IMG/VR virus record: IMGVR_UViG_3300029787_000045
Span: 1-57,842 of that record
From: a virus
Taxonomy: Duplodnaviria; Caudoviricetes
Direction: 5' to 3' (one strand)
DNA length: 57,842 bases
Under the pieces are notes generated by a model. The model worked only from the letters and a program-made list of their open reading frames with translations. It searched no databases and was not told the DNA's origin. The translations under genes and the position numbers were made by a program. Positions 36,761 to 46,438 of the stretch are shown in pieces (the stretch's first letter is position 1; each line of letters starts with the position of its first letter).

Positions 36761-37708
36761 ATGGAAGATAATCAAGAATGGGGTGAAGTAGAAGTACCTC
36801 ATAACGAAGAAGATAAAGTAGAATATGAAATTGAGAAAGAAGAAGAAGAAGTAACTCAAGAAAAAGAGGAACTTAAAGTTGAAGCAGATGAAGTCAAAGA
36901 TAAGGAGCCGCAAGAACTTGAGGGAATTGAAACGAGTGGCGCTCAAAAAAGAATTAGGCAGCTTGTTAAACAAAGAAAAGAACGAGAAGAACAAATAGAA
37001 CTATTACGGCTACAGAATGAAGAATTAAATAAAAAGCTGGTAGGTAAAGAAAATGAAGTACAGAGTATGGGTAAACGTACTCTGGCTATGTCAGAAAAAC
37101 AACTGACAGATAAAATACAATTAGCAAGAGAAGTTTATTTAGAAGCATTTGAAGAAGGAGAAAAAGAAAAACTCCTTAATGCTCAAGAAATGTTAAACGA
37201 AGCACAAAATGATTTAAAAGCAGTTAATAGTGCTAAAGCACGTTATGCACAGCAAGCTTCGGAATATAGTGAAAGTACACCAGTAGTACAAGAACAGCAG
37301 GTTCCACAGGCAGTCTCTGATCCTAAAGCAGAACAGTGGGCATCAGATAATGATTGGTTTGGTAAAGATAATATAATGACTGCGGCTGCGCTTGCTATTG
37401 ATGCAGAATTAAAGAATGAAGGTTATGATCCAAGTGATAATGATTTTTATCAAGAAATTGATAATCGAATTAAAGCGTCTTTTCCACATAAGTTTGGAGA
37501 AGACCAAGAACGTGTTCAGGAAACTACGTCAAGTCCTGCTCAAGTGGTGTCGGGGAGTTCTCGCTCTTCTCCGAGTTCTAGGAAAAAGATTAAGCTTTCG
37601 CAAGAAGACTTAAGACTTGCTCAAAAATGGAATATACCCCTTGAAACGTATGCCGCCCAAAAGCTTAAAGTACATCAAGCTGATGGCGACTATACAGATA
37701 TAAAATAG
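36761..37708 (+). CDS. Capsid scaffolding protein
   Basis: Acidic N-terminus, QKRI..L coiled coil and W...N.WFG motif; upstream of the capsid gene. Confidence 0.7.
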   Translation: MEDNQEWGEVEVPHNEEDKVEYEIEKEEEEVTQEKEELKVEADEVKDKEPQELEGIETSGAQKRIRQLVKQRKEREEQIELLRLQNEELNKKLVGKENEVQSMGKRTLAMSEKQLTDKIQLAREVYLEAFEEGEKEKLLNAQEMLNEAQNDLKAVNSAKARYAQQASEYSESTPVVQEQQVPQAVSDPKAEQWASDNDWFGKDNIMTAAALAIDAELKNEGYDPSDNDFYQEIDNRIKASFPHKFGEDQERVQETTSSPAQVVSGSSRSSPSSRKKIKLSQEDLRLAQKWNIPLETYAAQKLKVHQADGDYTDIK

Positions 37709-37712
37709 TAGC

Positions 37713-38219
37713 GTGGAGAATAAAATGAATACAACACGAAATGAAACACGTAGTAACAATCTACGAGAACAAAATCTACGAGAAGAAGAATGGACCTATG
37801 AGGAACCCGATGCCCTTGCTATCCCAGAGGTAGTAAAAGCACGTTTTGACAATGAAGGTATGGCCCTTCGTTGGATACGTGTATCGTTAAAAGGTCAAGA
37901 TGACATCACCAATGTTGGTAAAAAAACAACTGCGGGGTGGGTCTTCGTAACTCCTGATGAAGTTCCCGAAATGGCTGTTACATCCTTCGTAAGGGAAGAA
38001 GGCCGTTACCTTGGTACAGTCTGTCGTGGAGACTTAGCATTGGCTAAAATGCCAGCAGGTAAGGTAATTGCCCGGAGAAAGCATTATGAAAACAAAGCAA
38101 ACGATATGATGGATGCAGTAAACGCCCAGCTTATGAAAAACTCTGATTCTCGTATGCCTATCTCCAATACAAGTAAATCGGTAACAACACGAGGAAGGCG
38201 ACCTTCTTTCCAGAATTAG
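37713..38219 (+). CDS. Conserved head-module hypothetical protein
   Basis: RWIR, GW.FV and GDLALAK motifs; between scaffold and capsid. Confidence 0.65.
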   Translation: MENKMNTTRNETRSNNLREQNLREEEWTYEEPDALAIPEVVKARFDNEGMALRWIRVSLKGQDDITNVGKKTTAGWVFVTPDEVPEMAVTSFVREEGRYLGTVCRGDLALAKMPAGKVIARRKHYENKANDMMDAVNAQLMKNSDSRMPISNTSKSVTTRGRRPSFQN

Positions 38220-38246
38220 CTTTCTTCATAACAAGGAGATGAAACA

Positions 38247-38861
38247 ATGTCTACTACTAAAGCATTTCGTGGTTTCATTCCTGCTCGTAAAAAGGGTGGT
38301 GGCTACAATAATGAAGCCGTGACTGATATGATTACGTTGACTTCAACGGGTCAGGCTCAGTCGCCCACTAATACCATTTTCACAGGCGATCCGGTAGTTC
38401 TTCCGGGTGCAAACTTTGCAACGATTTCGCCTTTCATTGCGGCAACTCTTAAACCTTCAGGGGTTTTCATGGGTTGTCAATATGTAGAAAATGGAGAGCA
38501 GAAGTTTTCCCGTTATTGGAACGGGGGCTTGAGCGCCACGGATATTAAATTCTTTGTAATCACTGACCCAGATCAGACGTATTACATTCAAGCCTCTTTG
38601 TCGCTTTCTGCGGCTGAATTGGCAATTGTTAAAAACTATAACGTAACAGTTAGTTCTACTGCTTCTTCGGGAAGTACTGTAACAGGTCAGTCTTCGTACT
38701 ACCTAGATGGTGCCTCTGGTACTGAAGCAGCAGCAGCGGTTCGTGTAATTGGTCGGGCGCAGTACCCAGACGAAAAGGATTCCGATGCGTATCCAATCGT
38801 TGAAGTATGGCTTAACCATCACCGTGATCGTTTTGTAACTGCTACTGCGTCAACGGCTTAA
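38247..38861 (+). CDS. Probable minor capsid/decoration protein
   Basis: IFTGDPV, GVFMGCQY and G...TG.S motifs; directly before the major capsid gene; AAGGAG RBS. Confidence 0.6.
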   Translation: MSTTKAFRGFIPARKKGGGYNNEAVTDMITLTSTGQAQSPTNTIFTGDPVVLPGANFATISPFIAATLKPSGVFMGCQYVENGEQKFSRYWNGGLSATDIKFFVITDPDQTYYIQASLSLSAAELAIVKNYNVTVSSTASSGSTVTGQSSYYLDGASGTEAAAAVRVIGRAQYPDEKDSDAYPIVEVWLNHHRDRFVTATASTA

Positions 38862-38876
38862 TAGGGAGGATTTATT

Positions 38877-39794
38877 ATGGCTATTAATCGAGCTAGTATT
38901 AGCAAAGAACTCCTTCCCGGTCTAAACGCTGTTTTTGGAATGGAGTATGGAGAGGTTAATAATGAACATGAACCTCTCTTTGAAATTGAAAACTCAGATC
39001 GTGCCTTTGAAGAAGAAGTACTCTTCACTGGTTTCGGTACTGCACCTACTAAGGGTGAAGGTGCTTCTGTTTCTTATGATGACGCACAGGAAAGCTACAC
39101 AGCCCGTTATACGGCTGAGACTGTAGCTCTTGCCTTTGCTGTTACTGAAGAAGCAATGGAAGATAACCTGTATGACACGTTTGCGAAACTTCGTGCAAAA
39201 GGTCTTGCACGGGCAATGGCGAACACCAAACAGGTTAAAGCAGCAAATATCTACAACAATGGTTTCTCTGATACCATTGGTGATGGTGCTGCTTTCTTCT
39301 CTGCGGCTCATCCAACAATGTCTGATGGTAATCAATCAAACCTTCTTGGTGCGGCTGATCTATCAGAAGCAACTCTTGAGACTGCACTAACCGCTGTTCA
39401 GAAAACCAAAGATGATCGTGGTATTCTGATTGGTGCTTCTGCGGTTTCTTTGCACATCCCTGTTGATTATTGGGCCGTTGCTGATAAGATTCTCAGCAGC
39501 CCCGGTAACACCGGAACGAGTGCAGCCAGTGCCAACCCCAATACGAATGCTATCAATGCTATTCGTAACATGGGTATGGTCCCTGAAGGCTACTACATTA
39601 ACCGTCGCTTCACTGATACTGATGCGTGGTTTGTTAAGACTGATTGCCCGAATGGAACGAAGATGTTCGTCCGTTCTCCGCTTCAGACTAAAATGGAGCC
39701 TGATTTTGATACCGGCAATCTGCGATTCAAAGCCCGTGAGCGTTATAGCTTCGGTGTTTCTGATTGGCGTGGATGGTACGGTTCTGCTGGCTAA
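38877..39794 (+). CDS. Major capsid protein
   Basis: MAINRA...KELLPGLNA.FG, TEEAMEDNLY, TDTDAWF and KARERYSFG.SDWR..YGS; strong GGAGG RBS. Confidence 0.9.
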   Translation: MAINRASISKELLPGLNAVFGMEYGEVNNEHEPLFEIENSDRAFEEEVLFTGFGTAPTKGEGASVSYDDAQESYTARYTAETVALAFAVTEEAMEDNLYDTFAKLRAKGLARAMANTKQVKAANIYNNGFSDTIGDGAAFFSAAHPTMSDGNQSNLLGAADLSEATLETALTAVQKTKDDRGILIGASAVSLHIPVDYWAVADKILSSPGNTGTSAASANPNTNAINAIRNMGMVPEGYYINRRFTDTDAWFVKTDCPNGTKMFVRSPLQTKMEPDFDTGNLRFKARERYSFGVSDWRGWYGSAG

Positions 39795-39803
39795 TAAGAT
39801 AGT

Positions 39804-39850
39804 TAAGAGAGGTAGTGTATAGGGTGAAATCACCTAAACTACCTCTCTTA
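39804..39850 (+). other. Stem-loop after the capsid gene (attenuator or processing site)
   Basis: TAAGAGAGGTAGT/ACTACCTCTCTTA 13-bp stem with inner GGTG-AAAT-CACC; no U-tract. Confidence 0.65.
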
Positions 39851-39869
39851 CACTTATAAGGGAGTTATT

Positions 39870-40211
39870 ATGACAACAAATATTAAAGTTGGAATTGCTG
39901 TAGGCGATGCAGTTCTTAAACATGTAGAAGATGATACGACGATAGGGAGTAATGGAACGAGTGATAGTCCACAACCATCCACCACTCGTGTCTTAGCTAT
40001 ACATGCTCTAGCAACTGCGGCTGGTTCTTATTCAATTAAAGGTCAGCGACAGATTACCAATAAAACAGCAGAAGGTACTGCAATTAAATTTCAAGTAGCT
40101 GCTAATGAAGCAACTGATATTTATATGGGAGAATTAGGTGTTCCTGTATATGGAGTCGTTAGTGTTTCTGGTCCTACTGATGGATGCGTCTTAACAGCAT
40201 TTATAGGCTGA
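39870..40211 (+). CDS. Hypothetical structural protein
   Basis: GGGAG RBS; beta-rich; follows the capsid gene. Confidence 0.6.
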   Translation: MTTNIKVGIAVGDAVLKHVEDDTTIGSNGTSDSPQPSTTRVLAIHALATAAGSYSIKGQRQITNKTAEGTAIKFQVAANEATDIYMGELGVPVYGVVSVSGPTDGCVLTAFIG

Positions 40212-40213
40212 TA

Positions 40214-40888
40214 ATGTCTACATATTCTGACTTAAAGACAGCCTTAATCAATACCTCTGAAAATGATGGTACTGAATTTATTAATGAGATACCTAATTTT
40301 ATTAGTAGAGCAGAACTACGTTTAACAAAAGATATTGATGACTCAGGGTTAGATGAGTACTCAGCTATTACTCTTACGGCTGGTAATGCAGTTGTAAGTT
40401 TAAATGATAGAGTACGTATAGTTCGTAATGTAAACTTTACGACAAGTGCAGGTAGTAAAACAAATCTACTGCAACGTACTATTGAATATTGTAATGACTA
40501 CTGGCCTGTAAGTGCTTCTACAGGAGAGCCACGTTATTACTCACGTAAGAATAACACTTCTATTTTTATTGTACCAACTCCTGTATCCACACTAACAGGA
40601 GAAATACAAACAGCTTCCCAACCATTAGCCTTGGCTTCTGCTACAGGCACAAGTGTTACTACAGCAAATTATTTTACTAATTACTGTTTTGATGCTTTGT
40701 TCTATGCTGCAATGATGGAAGTTACTATGTACATGAAGGATTGGGCTACAGTTCCTGCATGGCAAACTCAATATGAAGCAGCAGTTATTACACTAAGAAA
40801 TCAAGCTAGAAGGGCACGTCAGGATGATATGGCAGTTGCTGCCTCACCTGCGGGTGGTCCTGATACAATTACACCGGGGAGTTCGTAA
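40214..40888 (+). CDS. Head-tail adaptor-like protein
   Basis: TYSDLKT, FI.RAE.R, TG.PRYY, PTP and D.L.YA..E motifs. Confidence 0.65.
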   Translation: MSTYSDLKTALINTSENDGTEFINEIPNFISRAELRLTKDIDDSGLDEYSAITLTAGNAVVSLNDRVRIVRNVNFTTSAGSKTNLLQRTIEYCNDYWPVSASTGEPRYYSRKNNTSIFIVPTPVSTLTGEIQTASQPLALASATGTSVTTANYFTNYCFDALFYAAMMEVTMYMKDWATVPAWQTQYEAAVITLRNQARRARQDDMAVAASPAGGPDTITPGSS

Positions 40889-41046
40889 TGGCATTTTCAT
40901 ACAAAAAACAAATACACAAAAGTAAAGGCAAAGCAGGAAAGAAAGCTGGCGGTAAAGTAGAATATAAAAAGCATGGTGGTAAAGTAATTAAAACAAACAT
41001 GACTGGAGACGATGTAGTTAGTGGTTGTTATGATGAACAGGTCTAG
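40888..41046 (+). CDS. 52-aa basic protein with two xxGGKV motifs (not in ORF track)
   Basis: My translation: MAFSYKKQIHKSKGKAGKKAGGKVEYKKHGGKVIKTNMTGDDVVSGCYDEQV*. Confidence 0.6.
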   Translation: MAFSYKKQIHKSKGKAGKKAGGKVEYKKHGGKVIKTNMTGDDVVSGCYDEQV

Positions 41047-41242
41047 TGCTAGACAACAAATTATGAAGCCACCTAAGAAACCAAAGTTAGGTAGTGGGGT
41101 TAGATTTAAAAATCTTACTACTAAACTAAAAAAAAGTGGAGTAAAAAATCCTAAAGCTCTTGCTGCATCCATAGGTCGTAAGAAATATGGTAAAAAGAAA
41201 ATGTCAGTAATGGCAGCTAAAGGTAAAAAAAGGAGAACTTAA
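41030..41242 (+). CDS. Small very basic protein
   Basis: LGSG.RFK.L..NPKALAA.IGRKKYG; Lys-rich. Confidence 0.7.
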   Translation: MMNRSSARQQIMKPPKKPKLGSGVRFKNLTTKLKKSGVKNPKALAASIGRKKYGKKKMSVMAAKGKKRRT

Positions 41243-41404
41243 ATGGAAAAGAAAACAGAAGTAAAAACAGTAGCTGTTGTTGAGCAGCCTGTTAAGAAGC
41301 CAGAACCTAATCCTAATAATACTATTGGAATAGCTCTTTTTATTGCTGTAGGTATTGTTCTTCTTTCAATGGTAATTTATAAAAAAGTAAAGGGAATAAA
41401 ATAA
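41243..41404 (+). CDS. 53-aa single-TM protein (not in ORF track)
   Basis: AGGAG RBS; MEKKTEVK...IGIALFIAVGIVLLSMVIYKK. Confidence 0.6.
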   Translation: MEKKTEVKTVAVVEQPVKKPEPNPNNTIGIALFIAVGIVLLSMVIYKKVKGIK

Positions 41405-41580
41405 TGTCGGGACCACATACATTAATTGATCGCAGTATTCCTCTTGATAAGATAGTAGGGAAACCTACTGGACAAGGATTTGGGGCTGCACGTAAAGGAC
41501 CATCTGTTGTAGGTAAAGCAAAAGATGCTGTTGTTGATGAAGACTATCAACAGGATAAATCTTTTAAAATAGAGGATTAA
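41404..41580 (+). CDS. 58-aa hypothetical protein (not in ORF track)
   Basis: MSGPHTLIDRS...GKPTGQGFGAARKG...; TAATG overlap. Confidence 0.55.
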   Translation: MSGPHTLIDRSIPLDKIVGKPTGQGFGAARKGPSVVGKAKDAVVDEDYQQDKSFKIED

Positions 41581-41584
41581 TAAC

Positions 41585-42322
41585 ATGGCTGAACGTAAGC
41601 TTACTAAATCAGAATTAAGATTGAAAAAAAGTGATCCAAAAAGATTTGCTGAACTTCAAAAAATAAGGGCACGAAGAGTTAAAGGTTACAAAAGACCTCT
41701 TGGACCTAAAGTTGTTAAACCTATAAAGAAAAAGGAAAAGAAACTAAATCAGCGTATTGGCCGTGGTACTATGAAACCGGGATTAGATAACGCTTACAAA
41801 AGTGCTATTGAAAGAGAAAATGAACGTAAATCTAAATCTAAACCTGTTATTGCTGTAAAGCCAAATAAGCCAAAGCGTGGCTCTATGAAACCGGGATTAG
41901 ATAACGCTTACAAAAGTGCTATTGAAAGAGAAAATAAAATTAGACCACTGCCGAAAGACATTCCTAATAAGTCTGTCGTAGTTAAGAAGCCTAAGAAGCC
42001 TAAGAAGCCTGATCTTACTTATAGAGAGGATGAAGGTTCACCTATTGGAACAGCACCTGAAAAATCTACTAAGACATATACTCCTCGTAAAAAATATGAA
42101 GGTGGTATTGATTTTTATGAAACACCTTTTGGCAGAATAAAAGCAGACAGTTCTGATGACGCTTTTAGTTTCGATGTCGAAGAAAAAGATGGTGGGTATC
42201 TTAAAAGAGATATGATGATAAAGCGTAAGAAAGGTGGTAGTATTAAGAAGAAGATAAAGAAGGGTAAAGTAAAGAAACGTGCCTCTCTTCGTGGTCAAGG
42301 TAAAGCACTCAGAGGATTCTAA
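41585..42322 (+). CDS. Lys/Arg-rich protein with internal 20-aa duplication
   Basis: RG(T/S)MKPGLDNAYKSAIEREN twice (41762-41821, 41876-41935); ends RASLRGQGKALRGF. Confidence 0.7.
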   Translation: MAERKLTKSELRLKKSDPKRFAELQKIRARRVKGYKRPLGPKVVKPIKKKEKKLNQRIGRGTMKPGLDNAYKSAIERENERKSKSKPVIAVKPNKPKRGSMKPGLDNAYKSAIERENKIRPLPKDIPNKSVVVKKPKKPKKPDLTYREDEGSPIGTAPEKSTKTYTPRKKYEGGIDFYETPFGRIKADSSDDAFSFDVEEKDGGYLKRDMMIKRKKGGSIKKKIKKGKVKKRASLRGQGKALRGF

Positions 42323-42323
42323 A

Positions 42324-43724
42324 ATGACTATATTAACATCTCAATTGACAAAATTAACAGTAAGGGCATTACGAGAACTACAAGATAGCATAACTAAAAA
42401 AGGAAAAGCAGCGCCTAAAAACAGCCCAAAGCGACAAGAATTAAGAGATGATTATTTAAAAGTTAAAAGAGCAATAGACAAAAAAGAACAGTATGGTAAA
42501 AATGTATCTGCTGCTGATAAAGTATTAGATAATAAAAAAGCAACACCTGATGTTGATCAGGATGATATTCCTGTAATTGAAAGAGCGTCAAGAGCAGAAA
42601 AAGGAAGACCTTCAAATATTTATCCAGTAGTTGAAGGAGGAGAGCCATTAACCAGAGAAGGACAAGCTGCTGCTTCTAAGTTTAAAAGTTGGCTTACATC
42701 ACAAATTCCACCTAAAATGAACGAACTTGGTAGCATATATTATCGAGGTAAAGAAGCAGTTGAAGTATCTGAAAAATTAATAAAAGAAATAAAAAATACT
42801 ACAGACCCAAAAAAACTTTCAGCTTTAAACAAAAGATTAGATCGAAGTAATAAAAAAGCGCAGAAGTTAAGAGTTAAGTACAAAGAAGTTAAAGATCGTG
42901 GAACTCGTATGGGTGGCGGTCAAAAAGATGAAAGTATGCAAGCAAGAATAAGTAAAGAACGGAGAGTTAAGTTAGAAGATATAGAGCCTCTTGCTACAGG
43001 AAGAAAAGGAAGAGAGCAGCTTGGAAAGAGACAATTAATTAAAGATGCAGATAGAAAAAAGTTAGCTACCCAAGTAAAAAAATTTATGAACAGGAGTGGG
43101 AAAGTAACTAAAGTACCTACAGGCAAACAGGTTACTGCTGGTGCGCCAGATGATTCTGAGGGAATTAAAGATTTATTAAATAATATACAAGCTGCTTTAG
43201 CTACCGCTTCTAAAGTACCAGCTAATCCAGATCGTAAAAGTGTACGAGCGCAAAAGAAATTTAATGAAGCAACTGTTGGTCAAATTACAAGTAATCTACG
43301 ATCTGGAGGTTTGAGTGCTTTACAGAAAATAATTAGAGAAGAAAAAAAGAAATCACCAAGAACATGGAAGAATGCAGTTGCAAATTTAAAAAATGCTTCA
43401 GTAGCAGTACAGAAACAAGCTGCAAGATTAGGCATAATAAATAAATCGGCTATAAAAACTCCTCCTAAAAAAACTAAACCTTACAAACCTAAAAAACCTG
43501 AAGTACGTAAGGGAAAGCCAAGAGTAGTTAATGGTAAAACAGTAGAAACAACTCAATATCGTAAAAAAGGTGGTAAAGTTTTAAAAGCTAAACCTAAACG
43601 TAAAGTAACTACAGTTAAAGCTGTTAAACCTAAACGTAAAGTAACTACAGTTAAACGTAAGACAACTGCACCACGCAAACGTGCAGCGCTTCGTGGTTAT
43701 GGTAAAGCACTCAGAGGGTTCTAG
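42324..43724 (+). CDS. Large Lys/Arg-rich protein
   Basis: KPKRKVTTVK twice; ends RAALRGYGKALRGF. Confidence 0.7.
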   Translation: MTILTSQLTKLTVRALRELQDSITKKGKAAPKNSPKRQELRDDYLKVKRAIDKKEQYGKNVSAADKVLDNKKATPDVDQDDIPVIERASRAEKGRPSNIYPVVEGGEPLTREGQAAASKFKSWLTSQIPPKMNELGSIYYRGKEAVEVSEKLIKEIKNTTDPKKLSALNKRLDRSNKKAQKLRVKYKEVKDRGTRMGGGQKDESMQARISKERRVKLEDIEPLATGRKGREQLGKRQLIKDADRKKLATQVKKFMNRSGKVTKVPTGKQVTAGAPDDSEGIKDLLNNIQAALATASKVPANPDRKSVRAQKKFNEATVGQITSNLRSGGLSALQKIIREEKKKSPRTWKNAVANLKNASVAVQKQAARLGIINKSAIKTPPKKTKPYKPKKPEVRKGKPRVVNGKTVETTQYRKKGGKVLKAKPKRKVTTVKAVKPKRKVTTVKRKTTAPRKRAALRGYGKALRGF

Positions 43725-43921
43725 TGGCTAGTAAAAAAATAATAAAGCTATACCAAGAGTCTGTTGATCAAGGTATAGATAATTATAATTTACTAGATAA
43801 TGATATTAAGAAACCTATTAAAGAAGACTATAGTGATTGGGATAACTATTGGGCTTCTCTTATCAGTTACATGAAAGAAAAGTATAGATATACATATGGC
43901 AGTAAAGCGCAGAAAAAGTAA
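43724..43921 (+). CDS. Small hypothetical protein
   Basis: GTG start overlapping the previous stop. Confidence 0.5.
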   Translation: MASKKIIKLYQESVDQGIDNYNLLDNDIKKPIKEDYSDWDNYWASLISYMKEKYRYTYGSKAQKK

Positions 43922-44192
43922 TATGAAGGGGATGACTATTGGTAGAGGCATGAAACGTCCTACCAAGGCTGGTGCTGGTATGACTAAAAAAGGTGTTGCC
44001 AAGTATCGTAGGCAAAACCCCGGCTCTAAACTACAGACTGCTGTAACTGAAAAGAAACCTACTGGTAAACGTGCAGCAAGGCGTAAGTCTTACTGTGCTA
44101 GATCAGCAGGACAAATGAAGAAGTTCCCAAAGGCTGCTAAGAATCCTAATAGTCGTTTAAGACAAGCTCGTAAAAGATGGAGATGTAAATGA
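43896..44192 (+). CDS. Very basic conserved phage protein
   Basis: GMTKKGV..YR..NPGSKL, RRKSYCARS.G and PNSRL..A..RW.C. Confidence 0.75.
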   Translation: MAVKRRKSNMKGMTIGRGMKRPTKAGAGMTKKGVAKYRRQNPGSKLQTAVTEKKPTGKRAARRKSYCARSAGQMKKFPKAAKNPNSRLRQARKRWRCK

Positions 44193-44341
44193 GAAAAGCT
44201 GTAGATGCTCCTAAAGGTTTTCATTGGATGAAATCTGGTAAAGGATTTAAACTAATGAAAAATCCTAGAGGTGGTTATGTACCGCATAAGGGTGCTTCTA
44301 AAAAAGCTAGTTTTGAAATTCAAAAAATACATAAAAAATGA
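44189..44341 (+). CDS. 50-aa basic protein (not in ORF track)
   Basis: My translation: MRKAVDAPKGFHWMKSGKGFKLMKNPRGGYVPHKGAS...IHKK*. Confidence 0.6.
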   Translation: MRKAVDAPKGFHWMKSGKGFKLMKNPRGGYVPHKGASKKASFEIQKIHKK

Positions 44342-44736
44342 TTAAGCGTAAGAAAGGCGGCACAGCTACTAAGCGTGATCCTAAAAAGTGGGCTGCTGCT
44401 AAGTCAAGAGCAAAAACTAAGATGGGTGGTAAGCACTCAGCAAGAGCAATGCAGTTAGCTGTTAAGTATTATAAGGATGCAGGTGGTACATACTCAGGTA
44501 AAAAGAAGCCTACTAATAAATTATCTAAGTGGACAAAACAAAAATGGACAACAAAATCAGGCAAGCCAAGCAGCAAGACAGGGGAACGGTATCTTCCCAA
44601 GAAAGCAATCAAAGCACTGTCATCAAAGGAGTATGCTGCGACCACGAAAGCAAAGAGGAAAGGGACTGCTGCCGGAAAACAGTTCGTAAAGCAGCCAAAA
44701 AGAATAGCTAAGAAAACAAGAAAGTATAGAACATAA
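44338..44736 (+). CDS. Very basic protein (DUF5872-like)
   Basis: GKHSARA.QL....YK.AGG.Y, L.KWT.QKW and TGERYLP. Confidence 0.7.
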   Translation: MIKRKKGGTATKRDPKKWAAAKSRAKTKMGGKHSARAMQLAVKYYKDAGGTYSGKKKPTNKLSKWTKQKWTTKSGKPSSKTGERYLPKKAIKALSSKEYAATTKAKRKGTAAGKQFVKQPKRIAKKTRKYRT

Positions 44737-45488
44737 TGGTTACAATTCCCTCCATAACTGCTAGAGGCATTCACGAGCCTTTCTACCTTCAGGTATCTAG
44801 GGGTCAAATTCTAGAACATGAAACAGTTTTTAAGTTTGGATTTAATCCAGACGTAAACGGTACAGAAGAAACTATCTGGGATGTAGGCGGTATCTATGCT
44901 TACCCCGGCTCTGCCGTTGCTATGACTGTAACAACAGATGCAGGTACACCAGCAAACGATAATGGTGTAAAGGTAATAGTCTTTGGTTTGGATGAAAATT
45001 ACAACGAAGTTAATCAGGAAGTAACTCTTGCTGGTGCTGGTACAGCTACAACTACACAGACATTTCTTCGTGTCTTTCGTGCTTATGTCAGCGGATCACA
45101 AGCACCTACTGGCAACCTGAACATCACCAACGGTGGGACGACATATGCTCGGATTACTGTTGGTGAGAATCAGACGCTGATGGCTATGTGGACTGTTCCT
45201 GCTGGGTACACAGGATTTTTAGATCATGTCAACATTGCTACTGGCACAACAAACGCCAATCAGTACGTTACTGCTCAAATTGTCCAACGTACACAGGGCG
45301 GTGTATTTCGAGTTATGATGAAACAGACCCTTGGTTCAGGCGGTATTGCAGATTTTCTTCTACGTTATCCGATTTTAGTACCTGAAAAAACAGACTTAGA
45401 AGTACGGGCAGTATCTTCTGGCGCTAATAACTTAATTTCTTCAAACTTTTCTATAGTGTATATTAAAAATCCTTATGAGGTATGTTAG
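44736..45488 (+). CDS. Hypothetical beta-rich structural protein
   Basis: KFG.N.DV..ET.W, GLD.NY..Q, F.RV.RA and TVPAG motifs. Confidence 0.6.
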   Translation: MVTIPSITARGIHEPFYLQVSRGQILEHETVFKFGFNPDVNGTEETIWDVGGIYAYPGSAVAMTVTTDAGTPANDNGVKVIVFGLDENYNEVNQEVTLAGAGTATTTQTFLRVFRAYVSGSQAPTGNLNITNGGTTYARITVGENQTLMAMWTVPAGYTGFLDHVNIATGTTNANQYVTAQIVQRTQGGVFRVMMKQTLGSGGIADFLLRYPILVPEKTDLEVRAVSSGANNLISSNFSIVYIKNPYEVC

Positions 45489-46163
45489 ATGGCAGTATCA
45501 GGTACATATGATTTTAATCTTGATATAGATCAAGTAATACAAGAAGCAACTGAGATGATTGGGGGAGAACAAACTCTTGGTCACGAACCTGCTTCTGCTC
45601 GTCGTTCAATAAACCTTATGCTTAAAGACTGGCAGAATAGGGGAGTTCTCCTGTGGACTACAGAGACTACTGCTGTTACTGTAACTTCTAGTGTAGGTTC
45701 TTATAGCCTCAGTAGTTCTACTATAGATGCTCTTGAGGTTGTTCTTAACAGGGATAGTACTGACATTCAGTTAGAACGTATTTCTCCTGAAGAATATTTA
45801 ATAATTCCTAACAAGACCCAGACAGGTAGACCTTCTCAGTATTCTATACGTAGGGGGCGAGATAACCCTGTTCTTTCAGTATGGCCTATTCCTGAGAACT
45901 CTACTGATGTAATGAAGATTGAACGTATCAGTGAATTGCAGGATGTAGATAAATCTGCTGGACAGAATGCAGACATGCCTACACGTTTTCTACCACCTCT
46001 TACTTGTGGTCTTGCTTACTATATGTCAATGAAACGTCCCGGTGTAGAAGCTGCTAGAATACAAATGTTAAAGACTAATTATGAAGAACTTCTTGCTAGA
46101 GCCTTTCAAGAAGATCGTGAACGATCTACTATGAGGGTTGTACCTAAATTGAGGTATGTCTAA
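45489..46163 (+). CDS. Tail adaptor / head-completion protein
   Basis: SGT.DF.LDI..I.EA, ARRS.NL..W.NRG, GRP.QY, WP.P and GLAYY motifs. Confidence 0.65.
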   Translation: MAVSGTYDFNLDIDQVIQEATEMIGGEQTLGHEPASARRSINLMLKDWQNRGVLLWTTETTAVTVTSSVGSYSLSSSTIDALEVVLNRDSTDIQLERISPEEYLIIPNKTQTGRPSQYSIRRGRDNPVLSVWPIPENSTDVMKIERISELQDVDKSAGQNADMPTRFLPPLTCGLAYYMSMKRPGVEAARIQMLKTNYEELLARAFQEDRERSTMRVVPKLRYV

Positions 46164-46438
46164 TGGCAAGTAATAAAAATGCACTAGCCATGTGTGATAC
46201 ATGTGGCTTTGTCTACCCTCATCGGGTAATGCGTTTTAATAGTTATGGTATGTTAGTATGTCCTACAGACTTTGAAGGACAGTATGATTTAAAGAACCAT
46301 CCACAAAATAAAGTCCCTGATGTTAGAGACAATCCTGCTATACGTGATCCACGACCTGATAATGGTGGTAGGAATCTTACGTGGGAGCAAGCTACGACTA
46401 ATTGGGAAGACACAGACAAGTATTGGAACTTAATATGA
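46163..46438 (+). CDS. Small Cys-containing conserved protein
   Basis: A.A.CD.CGF, VCP and HPQ...DPRPD. Confidence 0.65.
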   Translation: MASNKNALAMCDTCGFVYPHRVMRFNSYGMLVCPTDFEGQYDLKNHPQNKVPDVRDNPAIRDPRPDNGGRNLTWEQATTNWEDTDKYWNLI

